A stretch of 64,000 bases of DNA from Arcobacteraceae bacterium (GTDB taxonomy: Bacteria > Campylobacterota > Campylobacteria > Campylobacterales > Arcobacteraceae). The notes below the pieces were generated by a model. That model saw only the letters and a list, made by a program, of their open reading frames with translations. It did not search any database and was not told where the DNA came from. Shown here piece by piece: positions 21,715-34,711 of the stretch. Both the position numbers and the translations under genes were made by a program. The stretch covers positions 1,248,001-1,312,000 of the forward strand of contig OY759974.1 in the NCBI GenBank assembly GCA_963662945.1, written 5' to 3'. Position 1 is the stretch's first letter; every line of letters starts with the position of its first letter.

Positions 21715-22320
21715 ATGTTAACAATAGCTCTACCAAAAGGTAGAATTGCCGAACAAACTTTAGAAAAATTTGAAAAAGTATTTAGAGAAAAGTTTGTTTT
21801 TGAAGATAGAAAACTAATCTTGGAAAAAGCTGGTTTTACATTTTTAAATGTACGAAATCAAGATGTACCAACTTATGTTATGCATGGAGCTGCTGATTTA
21901 GGAGTAGTTGGACTTGATGTACTTGAAGAAAAGGAATATGACTTAATCAAACTTCTTGATTTAAAAATTGGTCAATGTAAAGTTGCTATTGGTTTAAAAG
22001 CAGGTGATTCAATAGATTGGACAAAGTCAGAAATCACAGTTGCTACAAAACACGAAAAAATAGCAAAAAGATTTTTTGAACAAAAAGCAATGGCTGTAAA
22101 TATTGTAAAACTCTATGGTTCTATTGAGTTAGCACCACTTGTTGAACTTAGCGATTGTATCGTTGATATCGTTGAGACAGGTGAGACTATGAAACAAAAT
22201 GGTCTTGAAGTAGGCGATACTATTATGCAAAGTAGCGTATATCTTATCTCAAATAAAAACTCTTATTATAGTAAAAAAGAGCAAATCTTAGATTTACGAG
22301 AAAAGCTTGCAACCACTTGA
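21715..22320 (+). CDS. hisG: ATP phosphoribosyltransferase (short form)
   Basis: IALPKGR, GSIELAP, DIVETGETM. Confidence 0.95.
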   Translation: MLTIALPKGRIAEQTLEKFEKVFREKFVFEDRKLILEKAGFTFLNVRNQDVPTYVMHGAADLGVVGLDVLEEKEYDLIKLLDLKIGQCKVAIGLKAGDSIDWTKSEITVATKHEKIAKRFFEQKAMAVNIVKLYGSIELAPLVELSDCIVDIVETGETMKQNGLEVGDTIMQSSVYLISNKNSYYSKKEQILDLREKLATT

Positions 22321-23002
22321 TTTATACGCTACCATTGAAGAGCATCTTGATTTTAAAGAAGAAGTAGAACATCTTTATAATTCTATTGCTCATATAGTAT
22401 TTGCCATAAATCCTAAAAAAGTTATCGATATTGGTTGTGGACAAGGTGATTTTTGTCAAATACTAAAAGACAACAATATTAAAAGTTTAGGTGTTGATTT
22501 AAGTGCTAAGCAAATCGAAATAGCCCAATCAAAAGGTATAAATGCTCAGTGTATTGATATCAAAAATTGTCACGAAAAATTTGATTGTGCAACAGCGGTG
22601 TTTGATGTTATCAATTATATTCCCCAAACTACACTCAAAGAGTTTTTAACACATACCTATAATCTTCTTGAAAACAATGGTTACTTCATCTTTGATATTA
22701 ATACTTACTATGGTTTTGAAGAAGTAGCACAAGGTACTCTAACAATAGATACAGATGATAAATTTATAGCTATAGATGCAAATTTTGAAGATAATTGTTT
22801 AGCAACAGATATCACATTATTTACAAAAGAAACAACTTTGTATAAAAAAGATTATGGTACTATTAAACAATTTTATCATGAAACAGAAGAATTAAAAAAT
22901 GTTCTTAAATCTATAGGATTTAAGATAGAAAATATTATAAATTTTAATCTTCATAGTGATGAAGATTTTGATAAATTAATATTTATTTGCAAAAAGGCTT
23001 AA
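22307..23002 (+). CDS. Class I SAM-dependent methyltransferase
   Basis: IDIGCGQG, GVDLS, FDVINY. Confidence 0.9.
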   Translation: MQPLDLYATIEEHLDFKEEVEHLYNSIAHIVFAINPKKVIDIGCGQGDFCQILKDNNIKSLGVDLSAKQIEIAQSKGINAQCIDIKNCHEKFDCATAVFDVINYIPQTTLKEFLTHTYNLLENNGYFIFDINTYYGFEEVAQGTLTIDTDDKFIAIDANFEDNCLATDITLFTKETTLYKKDYGTIKQFYHETEELKNVLKSIGFKIENIINFNLHSDEDFDKLIFICKKA

Positions 23003-23003
23003 A

Positions 23004-23468
23004 ATGATTTTTAATATTATAGAAGATATTGAATATAAAGAGATGCTTGAAGGACAAATCTTTGAAGTTATCGAGTTTTTAATAGATAAAGGGGAAGAGT
23101 TTTCTATTACTGCAAATATTAATGGAGTAAAATTCAATCCAGAAATACCTTCAAGTATAGCAGAAAACTTTCCTCATTTCACACTTTTTACATTAGCTAA
23201 CTATACCTATACTACGATTCAATTAACTGAAACAGATATTAGTTTTGAGACAGGTTTTGGTGCTGAAAATTTTGGTTCTATTGTTACAATACCTTTACAT
23301 GCTATATTTCAAATTGTTATTGATGAATCAATTTTATTTTTAAATCCAACTGCCACAGTAAATAAATATTTCAAAAAACAAGAAAAAAATCAGGAAACAT
23401 CTATAGATCAAGAAACGCGATCAAAAAATGCTTTTATGATGAATAGTAAAAATAAGAAATTGTTTTAA
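23004..23468 (+). CDS. Conserved hypothetical protein
   Basis: AAGG SD, in operon; FTLANYT...FETGFGAENFGS pattern. Confidence 0.75.
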   Translation: MIFNIIEDIEYKEMLEGQIFEVIEFLIDKGEEFSITANINGVKFNPEIPSSIAENFPHFTLFTLANYTYTTIQLTETDISFETGFGAENFGSIVTIPLHAIFQIVIDESILFLNPTATVNKYFKKQEKNQETSIDQETRSKNAFMMNSKNKKLF

Positions 23469-23469
23469 T

Positions 23470-24360
23470 CTAAGAAGAGAGTAAATCTTTCAAACTTTGT
23501 TGAGGACTCTTCCCATCAAGGATAAGCTTTACCTCATTTGCTATTGGTGTATATATATTATTTTCTTGTGAAAGTTTATAAATAGCTTCACTCGTTTTTA
23601 CACCTTCAGCTACTTCACCTAACTCTTCTAAAATTATGTCAAGTGATTTTCCCTTTGCAAGTCCTAGCCCTACTCTAAAGTTACGGCTTAAAGTACTTGA
23701 AGCAGTTAAAAACAAATCCCCTGCCCCACTTAATCCTATAAAAGTATCTTTATGCGAACCATAATATGAACCAAATCTATCCATCTCTACAAGTCCTCGT
23801 GAGATTAAAGAAGCTCTTGCATTTTGACCAAGTTTAAGTCCATCACAAATACCACTTGCAATTGCCAATACATTTTTATATGCCCCAGCTATCTCTGCAC
23901 CTATTACATCATCACTATAATAAGTTTTAATAAATTTTGGAAATAATGGCGCAAATTCTTCATACAATTCTTTTGAAGTTGAATTAAGTACAAGTGCTGT
24001 AGGTAAACCTTGTATCACTTCACTAGCAAATGAAGGGCCGGAGATAAATCCAAGATTATCAGAGGGGAGGAACTCTTCATAAATATCTTTTAAAAAAGCA
24101 CCCGTTGATGCTTCAATCCCTTTTGCTGCTACAAGTATCTTTTGATTTTTATAAACAAAATTTTCTTTAAGCCACTCTCGTATTTGTTGTGCAGGAATTG
24201 CTATAACTAAAAATTCACAATCTAATGCTTCTTCCAATGTAACAAAATTCTCTATATCTCTTTTTGTTCTACTTGTAATCAAACATTTTTGATTTTGACT
24301 TAATGCGAAATGTAGAGCTTGCCCCCACTTACCTGCACCTATAACACAAATAGAACTCAT
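23470..24360 (-). CDS. gpsA: NAD(P)H-dependent glycerol-3-phosphate dehydrogenase
   Basis: GAGKWG, SGPSFA, GAYKNV, GAGDLFLT, SRN. Confidence 0.95.
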   Translation of the reverse strand: MSSICVIGAGKWGQALHFALSQNQKCLITSRTKRDIENFVTLEEALDCEFLVIAIPAQQIREWLKENFVYKNQKILVAAKGIEASTGAFLKDIYEEFLPSDNLGFISGPSFASEVIQGLPTALVLNSTSKELYEEFAPLFPKFIKTYYSDDVIGAEIAGAYKNVLAIASGICDGLKLGQNARASLISRGLVEMDRFGSYYGSHKDTFIGLSGAGDLFLTASSTLSRNFRVGLGLAKGKSLDIILEELGEVAEGVKTSEAIYKLSQENNIYTPIANEVKLILDGKSPQQSLKDLLSS

Positions 24361-24364
24361 GAAA

Positions 24365-25789
24365 CTACGATAATCTTTGTTTTAAAAGTTCACTGATTTT
24401 TTGTGGGTTTGCAGCCCCTTTTGATGCTTTCATAGCTTGACCTACAAAAAATGCAAACATTTTTTCTTTTCCAGCTTTGTACTCAGCAACTTTATCTTCA
24501 TTTGAAGCTAAAATCTCATCAACCATCACAAGAAGTGCCCCATCATCACTTACTTGTTTTAAACCAAGTTTTTCAATCACCTCATCAACGCTAATATCAT
24601 TTTCCATAAGATAATCAAGTGCTTGCTTAGCTTGTTTTCCAGAAATGATACCATCTTCAATAGCTTTTACTAAATTTCCTAATTTTTTTGCACTAACAGG
24701 TGAATTTGTGATATCAACACCTTCTGCAAATCTTCCTTGTAACTCTACAGTTAACCAAGAGCTTCCATTTTTTCCACTAATATCACAACTCATCATCTCT
24801 TCAAAAAAATCTGCCATCTCTTTTGTACTACAAATTACACCTGCATCGTACCCTGTAAGAGAAAACTCTTTTACAAATCTTTCTTTTTTTGCATCTGGAA
24901 GTTCTGGAATATCAGAGTATTTTGCAATCATCTCATCTGTGATGATAAGTGGAAGTAAATCTGGATCTGGAAAATATCTGTAATCAGCAGCATCCTCTTT
25001 TCCTCTCATACTTCTTGTTTCCCCTGTGTTTACATCAAAAAGTCTTGTTTCTTGTACAACTTCTCTCTCATAAACTCCATCTTCCCAAGCTTCTGTTTGT
25101 CGTTGTACTTCATATTTGATAGCTTTTTCTATAAATTTAAAACTATTCATATTTTTGATTTCACATCTTGTGTAAAGTTTATCATCACCTTTTGGACGAA
25201 TTGAAACATTTACGTCACATCGAAAACTTCCCTCTTGCATATTTGCATCACTAATACCAATATATCTTACAATTGAATGAAGTTTTTTCAAATATAACAC
25301 TGCTTCTTCTGCACTTCTCATATCTGGTTCAGATACTATCTCAAGAAGTGGTGTTCCAGCTCTATTTAAATCAACTCTTGAGTGGTCACCTGCATGAGTA
25401 TTTTTCCCTGCATCATTTTCTAAATGAGCTCTCGTAACACCAATAACTCTACTTGTTCCATCTTCAAAATCTATCTCAATTTTACCTTTTCCAACCACAG
25501 GTACTTCAAATTGTGATATTTGATACCCTGTTGGTAAATCTGGATAAAAATAGTTTTTTCTATTAAAAATAGATTTTTTATTGATCACGGCTTCTATAGC
25601 AGTTCCTAGTTGAATTGCTTTGTGAACTGCTTCTTTATTTAAAACTGGTAATGCACCTGGTAATCCTAAACATGTAGGACAAACATTAGTATTTGGTTCA
25701 TGCCCAAAACTTGTGGCACAACTACACCATAATTTACTATTTGTATTTAACTGCACATGAACTTCTAAACCTATAATTGTTTCAAACAT
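24365..25789 (-). CDS. gatB: Asp/Glu-tRNA amidotransferase subunit B
   Basis: [28 protein letters not shown]. Confidence 0.98.
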   Translation of the reverse strand: MFETIIGLEVHVQLNTNSKLWCSCATSFGHEPNTNVCPTCLGLPGALPVLNKEAVHKAIQLGTAIEAVINKKSIFNRKNYFYPDLPTGYQISQFEVPVVGKGKIEIDFEDGTSRVIGVTRAHLENDAGKNTHAGDHSRVDLNRAGTPLLEIVSEPDMRSAEEAVLYLKKLHSIVRYIGISDANMQEGSFRCDVNVSIRPKGDDKLYTRCEIKNMNSFKFIEKAIKYEVQRQTEAWEDGVYEREVVQETRLFDVNTGETRSMRGKEDAADYRYFPDPDLLPLIITDEMIAKYSDIPELPDAKKERFVKEFSLTGYDAGVICSTKEMADFFEEMMSCDISGKNGSSWLTVELQGRFAEGVDITNSPVSAKKLGNLVKAIEDGIISGKQAKQALDYLMENDISVDEVIEKLGLKQVSDDGALLVMVDEILASNEDKVAEYKAGKEKMFAFFVGQAMKASKGAANPQKISELLKQRLS

Positions 25790-25811
25790 ATATTCTCTTT
25801 CCTTTTTTCTA

Positions 25812-26633
25812 CTATCTTAATACTTTTATATTTGCTGTAATTCTTTGTGTTTCAAAATATTCATTGAGATAATTCTGTTCTCTTTGTTCCATAATCTTTT
25901 GAAAAATATGCTCTTTTGTTTGCTCTAATGATAATGTTTGTATATCTTTCTTTTCTTTTATAAAGAACATATTATATTGCTGATTTTGTGCAAATATAGC
26001 ACTAAATTGATTTACATCTGTAGTATTTATTATATATTTCACTTGAGGTGTTAATTCTGCTTGTTTCAAACTAAGTGCTTGACTTACCACTCTTTGATCA
26101 TTAAACATAGGGTTTGATTTAATTTCATTTAATAATTCTTTGCTTTTTGATACATAAGCTACTACTTCTATTTGATTTGCAAGTGTAAATTCTGCTTTAT
26201 TGTTTTCATAATAAATTTTAATATCATCTTCAGTAGCTATTTTGATATTTCCTGTAGCTATTTTTCGTACCAACTTTTGATGAAGAAGTTGTTCTTTCAC
26301 TTTCTTTTCAAAAGCATCATAATCTTGTTGTTGTCGTATAAGTGATTTAAAATCAAGTGCACTCATTTTATTTTGTGCTGCTAAACTTTCTATATAATTA
26401 TCCACATCAAAAATATCTACACTTACACTATTTTTTTTAATCTCTTGATTATATATTTTCTCATCAATCAATAGTTTCACAGCTTCTGCTTTTGAAACTG
26501 ACTTTTCTTGCATTGTTTTATCTATTTCGTAAAGTGTTATTGGTTCATCATTGATAATAAGTGCAATGGCATTAACTAAACCAGCATTTGCAAAACTTAC
26601 GGCTACTATTAAACTTAATATATATTTTCTCAT
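25812..26633 (-). CDS. SurA-like periplasmic chaperone / PPIase
   Basis: Signal peptide, [11 protein letters not shown] SurA N-domain start. Confidence 0.8.
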   Translation of the reverse strand: MRKYILSLIVAVSFANAGLVNAIALIINDEPITLYEIDKTMQEKSVSKAEAVKLLIDEKIYNQEIKKNSVSVDIFDVDNYIESLAAQNKMSALDFKSLIRQQQDYDAFEKKVKEQLLHQKLVRKIATGNIKIATEDDIKIYYENNKAEFTLANQIEVVAYVSKSKELLNEIKSNPMFNDQRVVSQALSLKQAELTPQVKYIINTTDVNQFSAIFAQNQQYNMFFIKEKKDIQTLSLEQTKEHIFQKIMEQREQNYLNEYFETQRITANIKVLR

Positions 26634-26657
26634 TTATCTATTTCCTTTTAAAAAATC

Positions 26658-27227
26658 TCATTTTACCATAAAGATAGTAAAATCATTGTCTAAATACCCA
26701 TCTTTTATAATAATATTTTGCGTGTATCTCTTACAAATCTCTTCTATATCGTACTGTTTTATATCATTAAAAGTTACATTCTTTAGATAATTAAATATAA
26801 AACCTTTAGTAGAAGCTTCAAAACATCTCTTTATAAATATCTCAATCTCATCAAATTGTAAAATATTCATAGCACCACTACAAAGATAATAATCAGCATT
26901 TAAAAGTTCATCTGTGAGAATGTTTTGTATATAAAATTCTTCATTTGGAAAACGGATATTACAAATATCAATCATCTTTTCTTCACAATCAATACCTATG
27001 TATTTTTGAGGTAATTTATGGTTATGAGAAAGATAATTATAATACTCTCCAAAACCACATCCAACATCCACTATTGTAGAATTAACGATATCTTTTTTTA
27101 TACATTTTGTTAATATTTCAAACCGTTTGTACTGAGTAAACTTACTGTTCCAGTGTACTCCTTGTGCCGTTACACCAAACTCTTTTATAGATTTTTCATA
27201 AAAATCTTTATTGACTAATTTCTTCAA
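26658..27227 (-). CDS. Class I SAM-dependent methyltransferase
   Basis: GVHWNS...RF, VDVGCGFG, YIGID, SGAMN. Confidence 0.85.
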   Translation of the reverse strand: MKKLVNKDFYEKSIKEFGVTAQGVHWNSKFTQYKRFEILTKCIKKDIVNSTIVDVGCGFGEYYNYLSHNHKLPQKYIGIDCEEKMIDICNIRFPNEEFYIQNILTDELLNADYYLCSGAMNILQFDEIEIFIKRCFEASTKGFIFNYLKNVTFNDIKQYDIEEICKRYTQNIIIKDGYLDNDFTIFMVK

Positions 27228-27654
27228 TTTGCTCGATAACTACATTGTTGTCTTTTAAAAACTTAGATACTACATCTGAATTTGTATGTTCATAGGCTTT
27301 TTCATATACAATTCTTTTAATTCCACTTGCAATAAGATTTTTACTACATTCACTACAAGGTTCTAGTGTTACATAAATAGTAGCACCCTCTATACTTATC
27401 CCTTTTCGTGCAGCCCAAATGATGGCATTCATCTCTGCATGTATCTCATAAGTTTTTGACCAATCATGATGATCTTTTGTATACTCATTATCCCAATGTG
27501 TACAGCAATTTGTATATCCTGCTGGCGTTCCATTGTATCCTGTACTTAAGATTCTTCCATCTTTAACTATAACTGCACCAACTTGTTTTGAAACACATTT
27601 ACTTGCACTTGCTATCTCTTTTGCAATATTTATAAAATTTTTATCAGTAAGCAT
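27208..27654 (-). CDS. dCMP deaminase family protein
   Basis: VGAVIV, GYNG, HAEMNA, PCSEC zinc motifs. Confidence 0.93.
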   Translation of the reverse strand: MLTDKNFINIAKEIASASKCVSKQVGAVIVKDGRILSTGYNGTPAGYTNCCTHWDNEYTKDHHDWSKTYEIHAEMNAIIWAARKGISIEGATIYVTLEPCSECSKNLIASGIKRIVYEKAYEHTNSDVVSKFLKDNNVVIEQIEEISQ

Positions 27655-27738
27655 TTTTTGCCTTTATTTACATTATGATATGATTATATCATACAACATC
27701 TAAAGATGATTTTAGTTCCAAATAAAAGGGGTTTGACT

Positions 27739-28206
27739 ATGAAAAAGATTGTAATATTGTCACTAGTTATTAGCTGTTTATTTGCAAAAGAATATACCTT
27801 GAATTTTCAAGGAGAAAATGCAAAGGAAAATCAAACTATTAAACTAGAACTTCAAACTGACGAAGATGGGAAACCATTGGCAAATCAAAAATTTGATGTA
27901 CGGAACTTAGAACAACCTCGTTCACTTAAAATTATTACTGCTTCAGGACTTGTTGGAACTTTAAAAGATGAAAGAGAGATTGTTGCTTATTATAAAACAA
28001 ACTTAGAAGTAGGCGGACTTAAAATACGAAATCTTTATAAACCAGCCGTTGCTAGAGTTTATGGAGATGAAAACAATATCACTATAACTTTTGATAAAGA
28101 CCATTACCAAAATATTATATCTTTTTTACGATATCATAATATCAAAGATTCAGTAATCAAAGATATTGATAATATGTATGGAACTTGGGAAGAGATAAAT
28201 AAATAA
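27739..28206 (+). CDS. Secreted hypothetical protein
   Basis: AAAGGGG SD, signal peptide MKKIVILSLVISCLFA. Confidence 0.7.
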   Translation: MKKIVILSLVISCLFAKEYTLNFQGENAKENQTIKLELQTDEDGKPLANQKFDVRNLEQPRSLKIITASGLVGTLKDEREIVAYYKTNLEVGGLKIRNLYKPAVARVYGDENNITITFDKDHYQNIISFLRYHNIKDSVIKDIDNMYGTWEEINK

Positions 28207-28548
28207 TTATCTTTTCATAAGTTGTTTATTTTTTTCATACTCTTCTAAAATCCAATTAGCAATAGTTTCTATTTCAACAGAAGAAAGGTGTCCATAAGCT
28301 GGCATTTCACTATCAGCAAATTGTCTATATTTCCCTTTGCTTCCATTTTTGATGCTTTCTATAATTTTTGATTTAGCATCAGCACCATACCATTGAATAT
28401 TTTTTCTTCCAATCCCTGCAAATGCAGGTGCGAGTTTTTTCCCAATAATATTATGACAATCCATACAACCATTTGTCTGAACTAATTGCCCACCATTCGC
28501 CCAAACAACACTACTTGTCAATAAAAGTGTCAAAACTAACTTTTTCAT
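28207..28548 (-). CDS. Monoheme class I cytochrome c
   Basis: Signal peptide, CMDCH heme motif, distal MP axial Met; GGAGG SD. Confidence 0.92.
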   Translation of the reverse strand: MKKLVLTLLLTSSVVWANGGQLVQTNGCMDCHNIIGKKLAPAFAGIGRKNIQWYGADAKSKIIESIKNGSKGKYRQFADSEMPAYGHLSSVEIETIANWILEEYEKNKQLMKR

Positions 28549-28637
28549 TATACACCTCCCAGTGAAGAAAATATAATTTGCTACACAGCAAATTTTACTT
28601 TCAGCCTCTAGTCAAATTGTAGCATAAATGTTGTTAT

Positions 28638-29804
28638 TTATTCAGAAATCTTTCCAATTAGTTCTTTCGCATTTTCTAAAGCCTTAGCACTACTTTCTTT
28701 ATCAAAAGTTAAAGCTACTGCCATTCTTCTACCAATATGAGTTTGTGGTTTTCCAAATACTCTCACAAATGAATTAGCAGTAAAGATACTTGGATCTATT
28801 TTTAACTCTGGAGTAAAAGTATCTGTTGTAGATTTGTATGCAGCACTTGCGCCTGCACCATAAGTGATAAAATCTAAAGGAAGTCCTAATACTGCTCTTA
28901 AATGCAATGCAAATTCACTTTGAGATTGTGTTATCAAGGTAACCATTCCTGTATCGTGTGGTCTTGGGCTTACTTCACTGAAATATACCTCATCCCCTTT
29001 TACAAAAAGCTCTACTCCAAAAAGACCTCTACCACCAAGTCCATCAGTGATTTTTTGTGCTATTTCTATAGCTTTTTCTTTTGCTACTTCTGACATCTCC
29101 ATTGGTTGCCATGAGAAGATATAGTCACCATCTTTTTGGATATGTCCTATTGGTTCACAAAATGTTGTTCCCGTTTCATTTCTTACTGTTAAAAGTGTGA
29201 TTTCATAATCAAATGTTATAAACTCTTCTACTATTAACTCACTTGCGTCTCCTCTAGCTTCCTTCGCTAGTTCCCAAGAGTTTGCTAGATCAGCTTCACT
29301 TTTAGCAATACTTTGTCCATGACCACTACTACTCATAACTGGTTTTATAACACAAGGAAATCCTATCGTTTTAGCTGCTTCTTGTAATCCTTCAAAAGTA
29401 GTAACAAATTTATATCCAGATGCTGGAAGTTTTAATTCTTCACAAGCAAAAACGCGAATATTTTTTCTATTCATTGTTTTATTTACAGCTTCAGCATTTG
29501 GTATTACATGAAACCCTTCTTTTTCTGCTTTAAAAAGTGCTGATATACTAATAGCTTCAACTTCTGGCAAAATAAAGTCTGGTTTTTCTCTTCTTATGAT
29601 ATCCATAACTTCATTTTCATTTTTCATATTAATCACATATGCTTTATTTGCTACAAGATGTGCTGGTGCATTTGCATAACTATCTACAGCTATTGTTTCA
29701 ATACCTAATCTTTGAGCTTCGATAACAACTTCTTTCCCTAATTCTCCACTTCCTAATAACATTATTTTTATGCTATTTGATTTTAAAGGTGCAGTAAATT
29801 CCAT
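28638..29804 (-). CDS. purT: Formate-dependent GAR transformylase
   Basis: [32 protein letters not shown]. Confidence 0.97.
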   Translation of the reverse strand: MEFTAPLKSNSIKIMLLGSGELGKEVVIEAQRLGIETIAVDSYANAPAHLVANKAYVINMKNENEVMDIIRREKPDFILPEVEAISISALFKAEKEGFHVIPNAEAVNKTMNRKNIRVFACEELKLPASGYKFVTTFEGLQEAAKTIGFPCVIKPVMSSSGHGQSIAKSEADLANSWELAKEARGDASELIVEEFITFDYEITLLTVRNETGTTFCEPIGHIQKDGDYIFSWQPMEMSEVAKEKAIEIAQKITDGLGGRGLFGVELFVKGDEVYFSEVSPRPHDTGMVTLITQSQSEFALHLRAVLGLPLDFITYGAGASAAYKSTTDTFTPELKIDPSIFTANSFVRVFGKPQTHIGRRMAVALTFDKESSAKALENAKELIGKISE

Positions 29805-29903
29805 ATAATTTTTCCTTGATTTTGATTAGTCGTATTTTATTATATCTATGGTTAAGAGTTTATTTAGTATAATCATCAAAAATTATTATAAAAGGAAATT
29901 ACT

Positions 29904-30155
29904 ATGGGTATGCCTAGCGGAGTAGAACTATTTATTATCGTTGCAGTTGTTGTACTGTTATTTGGAGGGAAAAAGATTCCTGAACTGGCAAAAGGTATTG
30001 GAAAAGGTATTAAAGACTTTAAAAATGCTGTAAAAGAAGATGAGCCAGAAACAATGACTACAAATGAGAAAAAAATAGAAGATGAAAAAGTAGCTACTAC
30101 AAATACAACAGCTACACAAGAGTCTAAAACTACTGACACAAAAACTACTGCGTAA
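29904..30155 (+). CDS. tatA: Twin-arginine translocase TatA
   Basis: [23 protein letters not shown]. Confidence 0.95.
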   Translation: MGMPSGVELFIIVAVVVLLFGGKKIPELAKGIGKGIKDFKNAVKEDEPETMTTNEKKIEDEKVATTNTTATQESKTTDTKTTA

Positions 30156-30174
30156 ACTTAAAGGATCAATTTAA

Positions 30175-31764
30175 GTGCAAAATATTGTTAAAAAACATAT
30201 TGAAGATATATTAGGACAACCAGTTGTCTTAGAAAAACCCAAAGATATCTCTTTGGGTCATTTTGCTACACCTGTAGCTTTTTCTCTTGCAAAAGAGTTA
30301 CGAAAAAATCCTATGATGATTGCTGATGAACTTGCTCAAAAATTTGAAAATAGTGAAATATTTGAAAATGTAAATGCAGTAAAAGGATTTGTGAATTTTA
30401 AACTTTCAAATAACTTTCTAACTTCACAAATCAATAAAGCTTTAGAACTCAAAGAAGATTTTGCCGCATCTGATGCTAAAAATGAAAAAATACTATTAGA
30501 ATTTGTAAGTGCAAATCCTACAGGACCTTTACATATAGGACATGCAAGAGGAGCAATCTTTGGTGATGCTTTATTAAAAGTTGGAAGATACTTAGGATAT
30601 GATATCACAGCGGAGTATTATGTAAATGATGCAGGTGCTCAAATGGACTTGTTAGCACTTTCATTATACCTAGCTGGTAGAGAAAATATCTTAAAAAAAG
30701 AAGTTGAATATCCTGAGAAATATTATAGAGGAGATTATCTTATAGATATTGCTAGACTATGTGAAGAAAAATATGGTGCAGAAGTTTTTGAAGATGTATC
30801 AAAAGAACAAGAACTTGCACAGTTTGCTAAAGATGAAGTTCTAGCTATGATTAAAAGTGACCTCTATGATTTAGGTGTAGAGTTTGATACTTTTATTAGT
30901 GAAAAATCACTCTATGATAAATGGGATGAAACAAAAGCAGTTTTAGAATCAAATGGAAGTATTTATAACAAAGATGGAAAAGATTTCATTCGCTCAACTG
31001 ATCATGGAGATGATAGTGATAGAGTCGTAGTAAGAGAAAATGGCGTACCAACATATCTTGCTGGAGACATTATCTACCATAAACATAAATATGATAGAAA
31101 CTATGATAGATATATAAATATTTGGGGTGCAGACCACCATGGATATATCAAAAGAGTAAAAGCAGCCATAGAATTTCTTGGGAATGATTCGAGTAAATTA
31201 GAAATAATACTATCTCAAATGGTAGCTTTACTCCAAGGTGGTCAACCTTATAAAATGAGTAAAAGAGCTGGAACTGTTATTCTTATGAGTGATATTGTTG
31301 AAGAGATTGGTGCAGATAGTTTACGGTTTGTATTCTTAACTAAAAAAAGTGATACACACTTAGAATTTGATATAGATTTATTAAAAAACAATGACTCATC
31401 AAACCCAGTTTTTTATATTAACTATGCACATGCAAGAATCAATCAACTCTTTAAAAAAGCAGAGTTAAATGTTGAAGATGTAAAAGATGCAACTATTGAA
31501 GATATTAATCAAGATGCTAAAGATTTAGTATATGAAGCCCTTCTTTTAGGTACTGTTTTAAATGAAGCATTTGATAAAAGAGATATGCAAAAAATCACAG
31601 ACTATTTACATAGTTTAGCAGCATCAGTTCATAAATTCTATAATGAACATAAAATTATAGGATTAGATAATCAAAGTCAGTATTTAAAAGTTTTAAGTAT
31701 GGTAGCATTGTCTATAAGAACTGGTCTAAAAGTACTGGGGATAACTGCTAAAGAGGTAATGTAA
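30175..31764 (+). CDS. argS: Arginyl-tRNA synthetase
   Basis: SANPTGPLHIGHAR, GADHHGY, MSKRAG, YAHAR. Confidence 0.98.
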   Translation: MQNIVKKHIEDILGQPVVLEKPKDISLGHFATPVAFSLAKELRKNPMMIADELAQKFENSEIFENVNAVKGFVNFKLSNNFLTSQINKALELKEDFAASDAKNEKILLEFVSANPTGPLHIGHARGAIFGDALLKVGRYLGYDITAEYYVNDAGAQMDLLALSLYLAGRENILKKEVEYPEKYYRGDYLIDIARLCEEKYGAEVFEDVSKEQELAQFAKDEVLAMIKSDLYDLGVEFDTFISEKSLYDKWDETKAVLESNGSIYNKDGKDFIRSTDHGDDSDRVVVRENGVPTYLAGDIIYHKHKYDRNYDRYINIWGADHHGYIKRVKAAIEFLGNDSSKLEIILSQMVALLQGGQPYKMSKRAGTVILMSDIVEEIGADSLRFVFLTKKSDTHLEFDIDLLKNNDSSNPVFYINYAHARINQLFKKAELNVEDVKDATIEDINQDAKDLVYEALLLGTVLNEAFDKRDMQKITDYLHSLAASVHKFYNEHKIIGLDNQSQYLKVLSMVALSIRTGLKVLGITAKEVM

Positions 31765-31765
31765 C

Positions 31766-31900
31766 ATGAATGCTAACAATGTAGTGAAACTTGTGGGAAT
31801 CGTTTTTGTTGTTGCTATTGTTTTTATGATAATAACTGGAAATATGGGTGGTTCAAAAGAAGCTACAGCAAATTATCATAGCGTTATGACAGGAAAGTAA
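31766..31900 (+). CDS. 44-aa single-pass membrane protein (not in the ORF track)
   Basis: MNANNVVKLVGIVFVVAIVFMIITGNMGGSKEATANYHSVMTGK; AAGAGG SD inside the argS end, ATG 1 nt after the argS stop. Confidence 0.7.
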   Translation: MNANNVVKLVGIVFVVAIVFMIITGNMGGSKEATANYHSVMTGK

Positions 31901-31913
31901 AAATTACTTTCCT
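31891..31913. terminator. Hairpin between convergent genes (possible bidirectional terminator)
   Basis: AGGAAAGTAA-aaa-TTACTTTCCT. Confidence 0.5.
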
Positions 31914-31929
31914 TCTCTTGTAAACATTG

Positions 31930-32274
31930 TTATTTTACTAACTCTTTTTTATATATTTCCTCATTAAAAGAAACTAACACTTTATCAGCATATTCAACAA
32001 CTGGTCTTTTTAAAAGCATATTTTCTTTACATAACCATTCAAGTTTTCCATTATCATCTAGATTTAATTCTTTTAAACCTAAATCCTTATATTTAGTTCC
32101 TTTATTATTAAAAAGTATATTTATATCAACTTTAGATGCAAAATATTTTACTTTTTCACAATCAAGTGGTGTAACTCTAAAATCTATAAAAGTATGTTCT
32201 AAATTATTATCTTTACAAAACTTAATAGCTTTTCTAACTGTACTGCAAGTTTTGATACCATAAATATTTATCAT
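31930..32274 (-). CDS. ArsC/Spx/YffB-family protein
   Basis: IYGIKTCSTVRKA, LLKRP. Confidence 0.9.
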   Translation of the reverse strand: MINIYGIKTCSTVRKAIKFCKDNNLEHTFIDFRVTPLDCEKVKYFASKVDINILFNNKGTKYKDLGLKELNLDDNGKLEWLCKENMLLKRPVVEYADKVLVSFNEEIYKKELVK

Positions 32275-32277
32275 AAT

Positions 32278-32568
32278 TTACTCTATAATAGCTGGCACTA
32301 CAAAATAATTATCTTCACTCTTTGGAGCATTTTTCATAATAGCTTCTGCTTCACCCTCAACTTTTATAGCAACATCCTCTCTCATAGGTTGTCCACCTGA
32401 AATTGTAGTAAAAGTAGCATCCACATGACTTACATCAATCTCATTTAAATTTTCAACAAAAGCTACAATATCACCTAGTTCTTTCGCTATCTTTTCTTTT
32501 TTATCTTCATCAATTGTAAGTGATGAAAGTTTCGCTAGTTTATCAATTGTTGTATTATCTATCGTCAT
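32278..32568 (-). CDS. gatC: Asp/Glu-tRNA amidotransferase subunit C
   Basis: LAKLSSL, MRED, NAP...YFVVPAIIE. Confidence 0.93.
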   Translation of the reverse strand: MTIDNTTIDKLAKLSSLTIDEDKKEKIAKELGDIVAFVENLNEIDVSHVDATFTTISGGQPMREDVAIKVEGEAEAIMKNAPKSEDNYFVVPAIIE

Positions 32569-32639
32569 TATTTCTCCTATATTTTTAAGTTTTTTAAAAG
32601 ATTAGATAACTTTTTAAAATATCTAACCTTACTACTAAC

Positions 32640-34591
<1,952 letters not shown>

Positions 34592-34711
34592 TTTATCTCT
34601 CTTTGAAATATTAATTTTTTATTTGTTTAAACTTTAGTGTTCTTCTTAAAGTCTTATTATATCATTTATTAGATATAATCACAAAAATTAATATAAATGG
34701 GATTTAATTAT

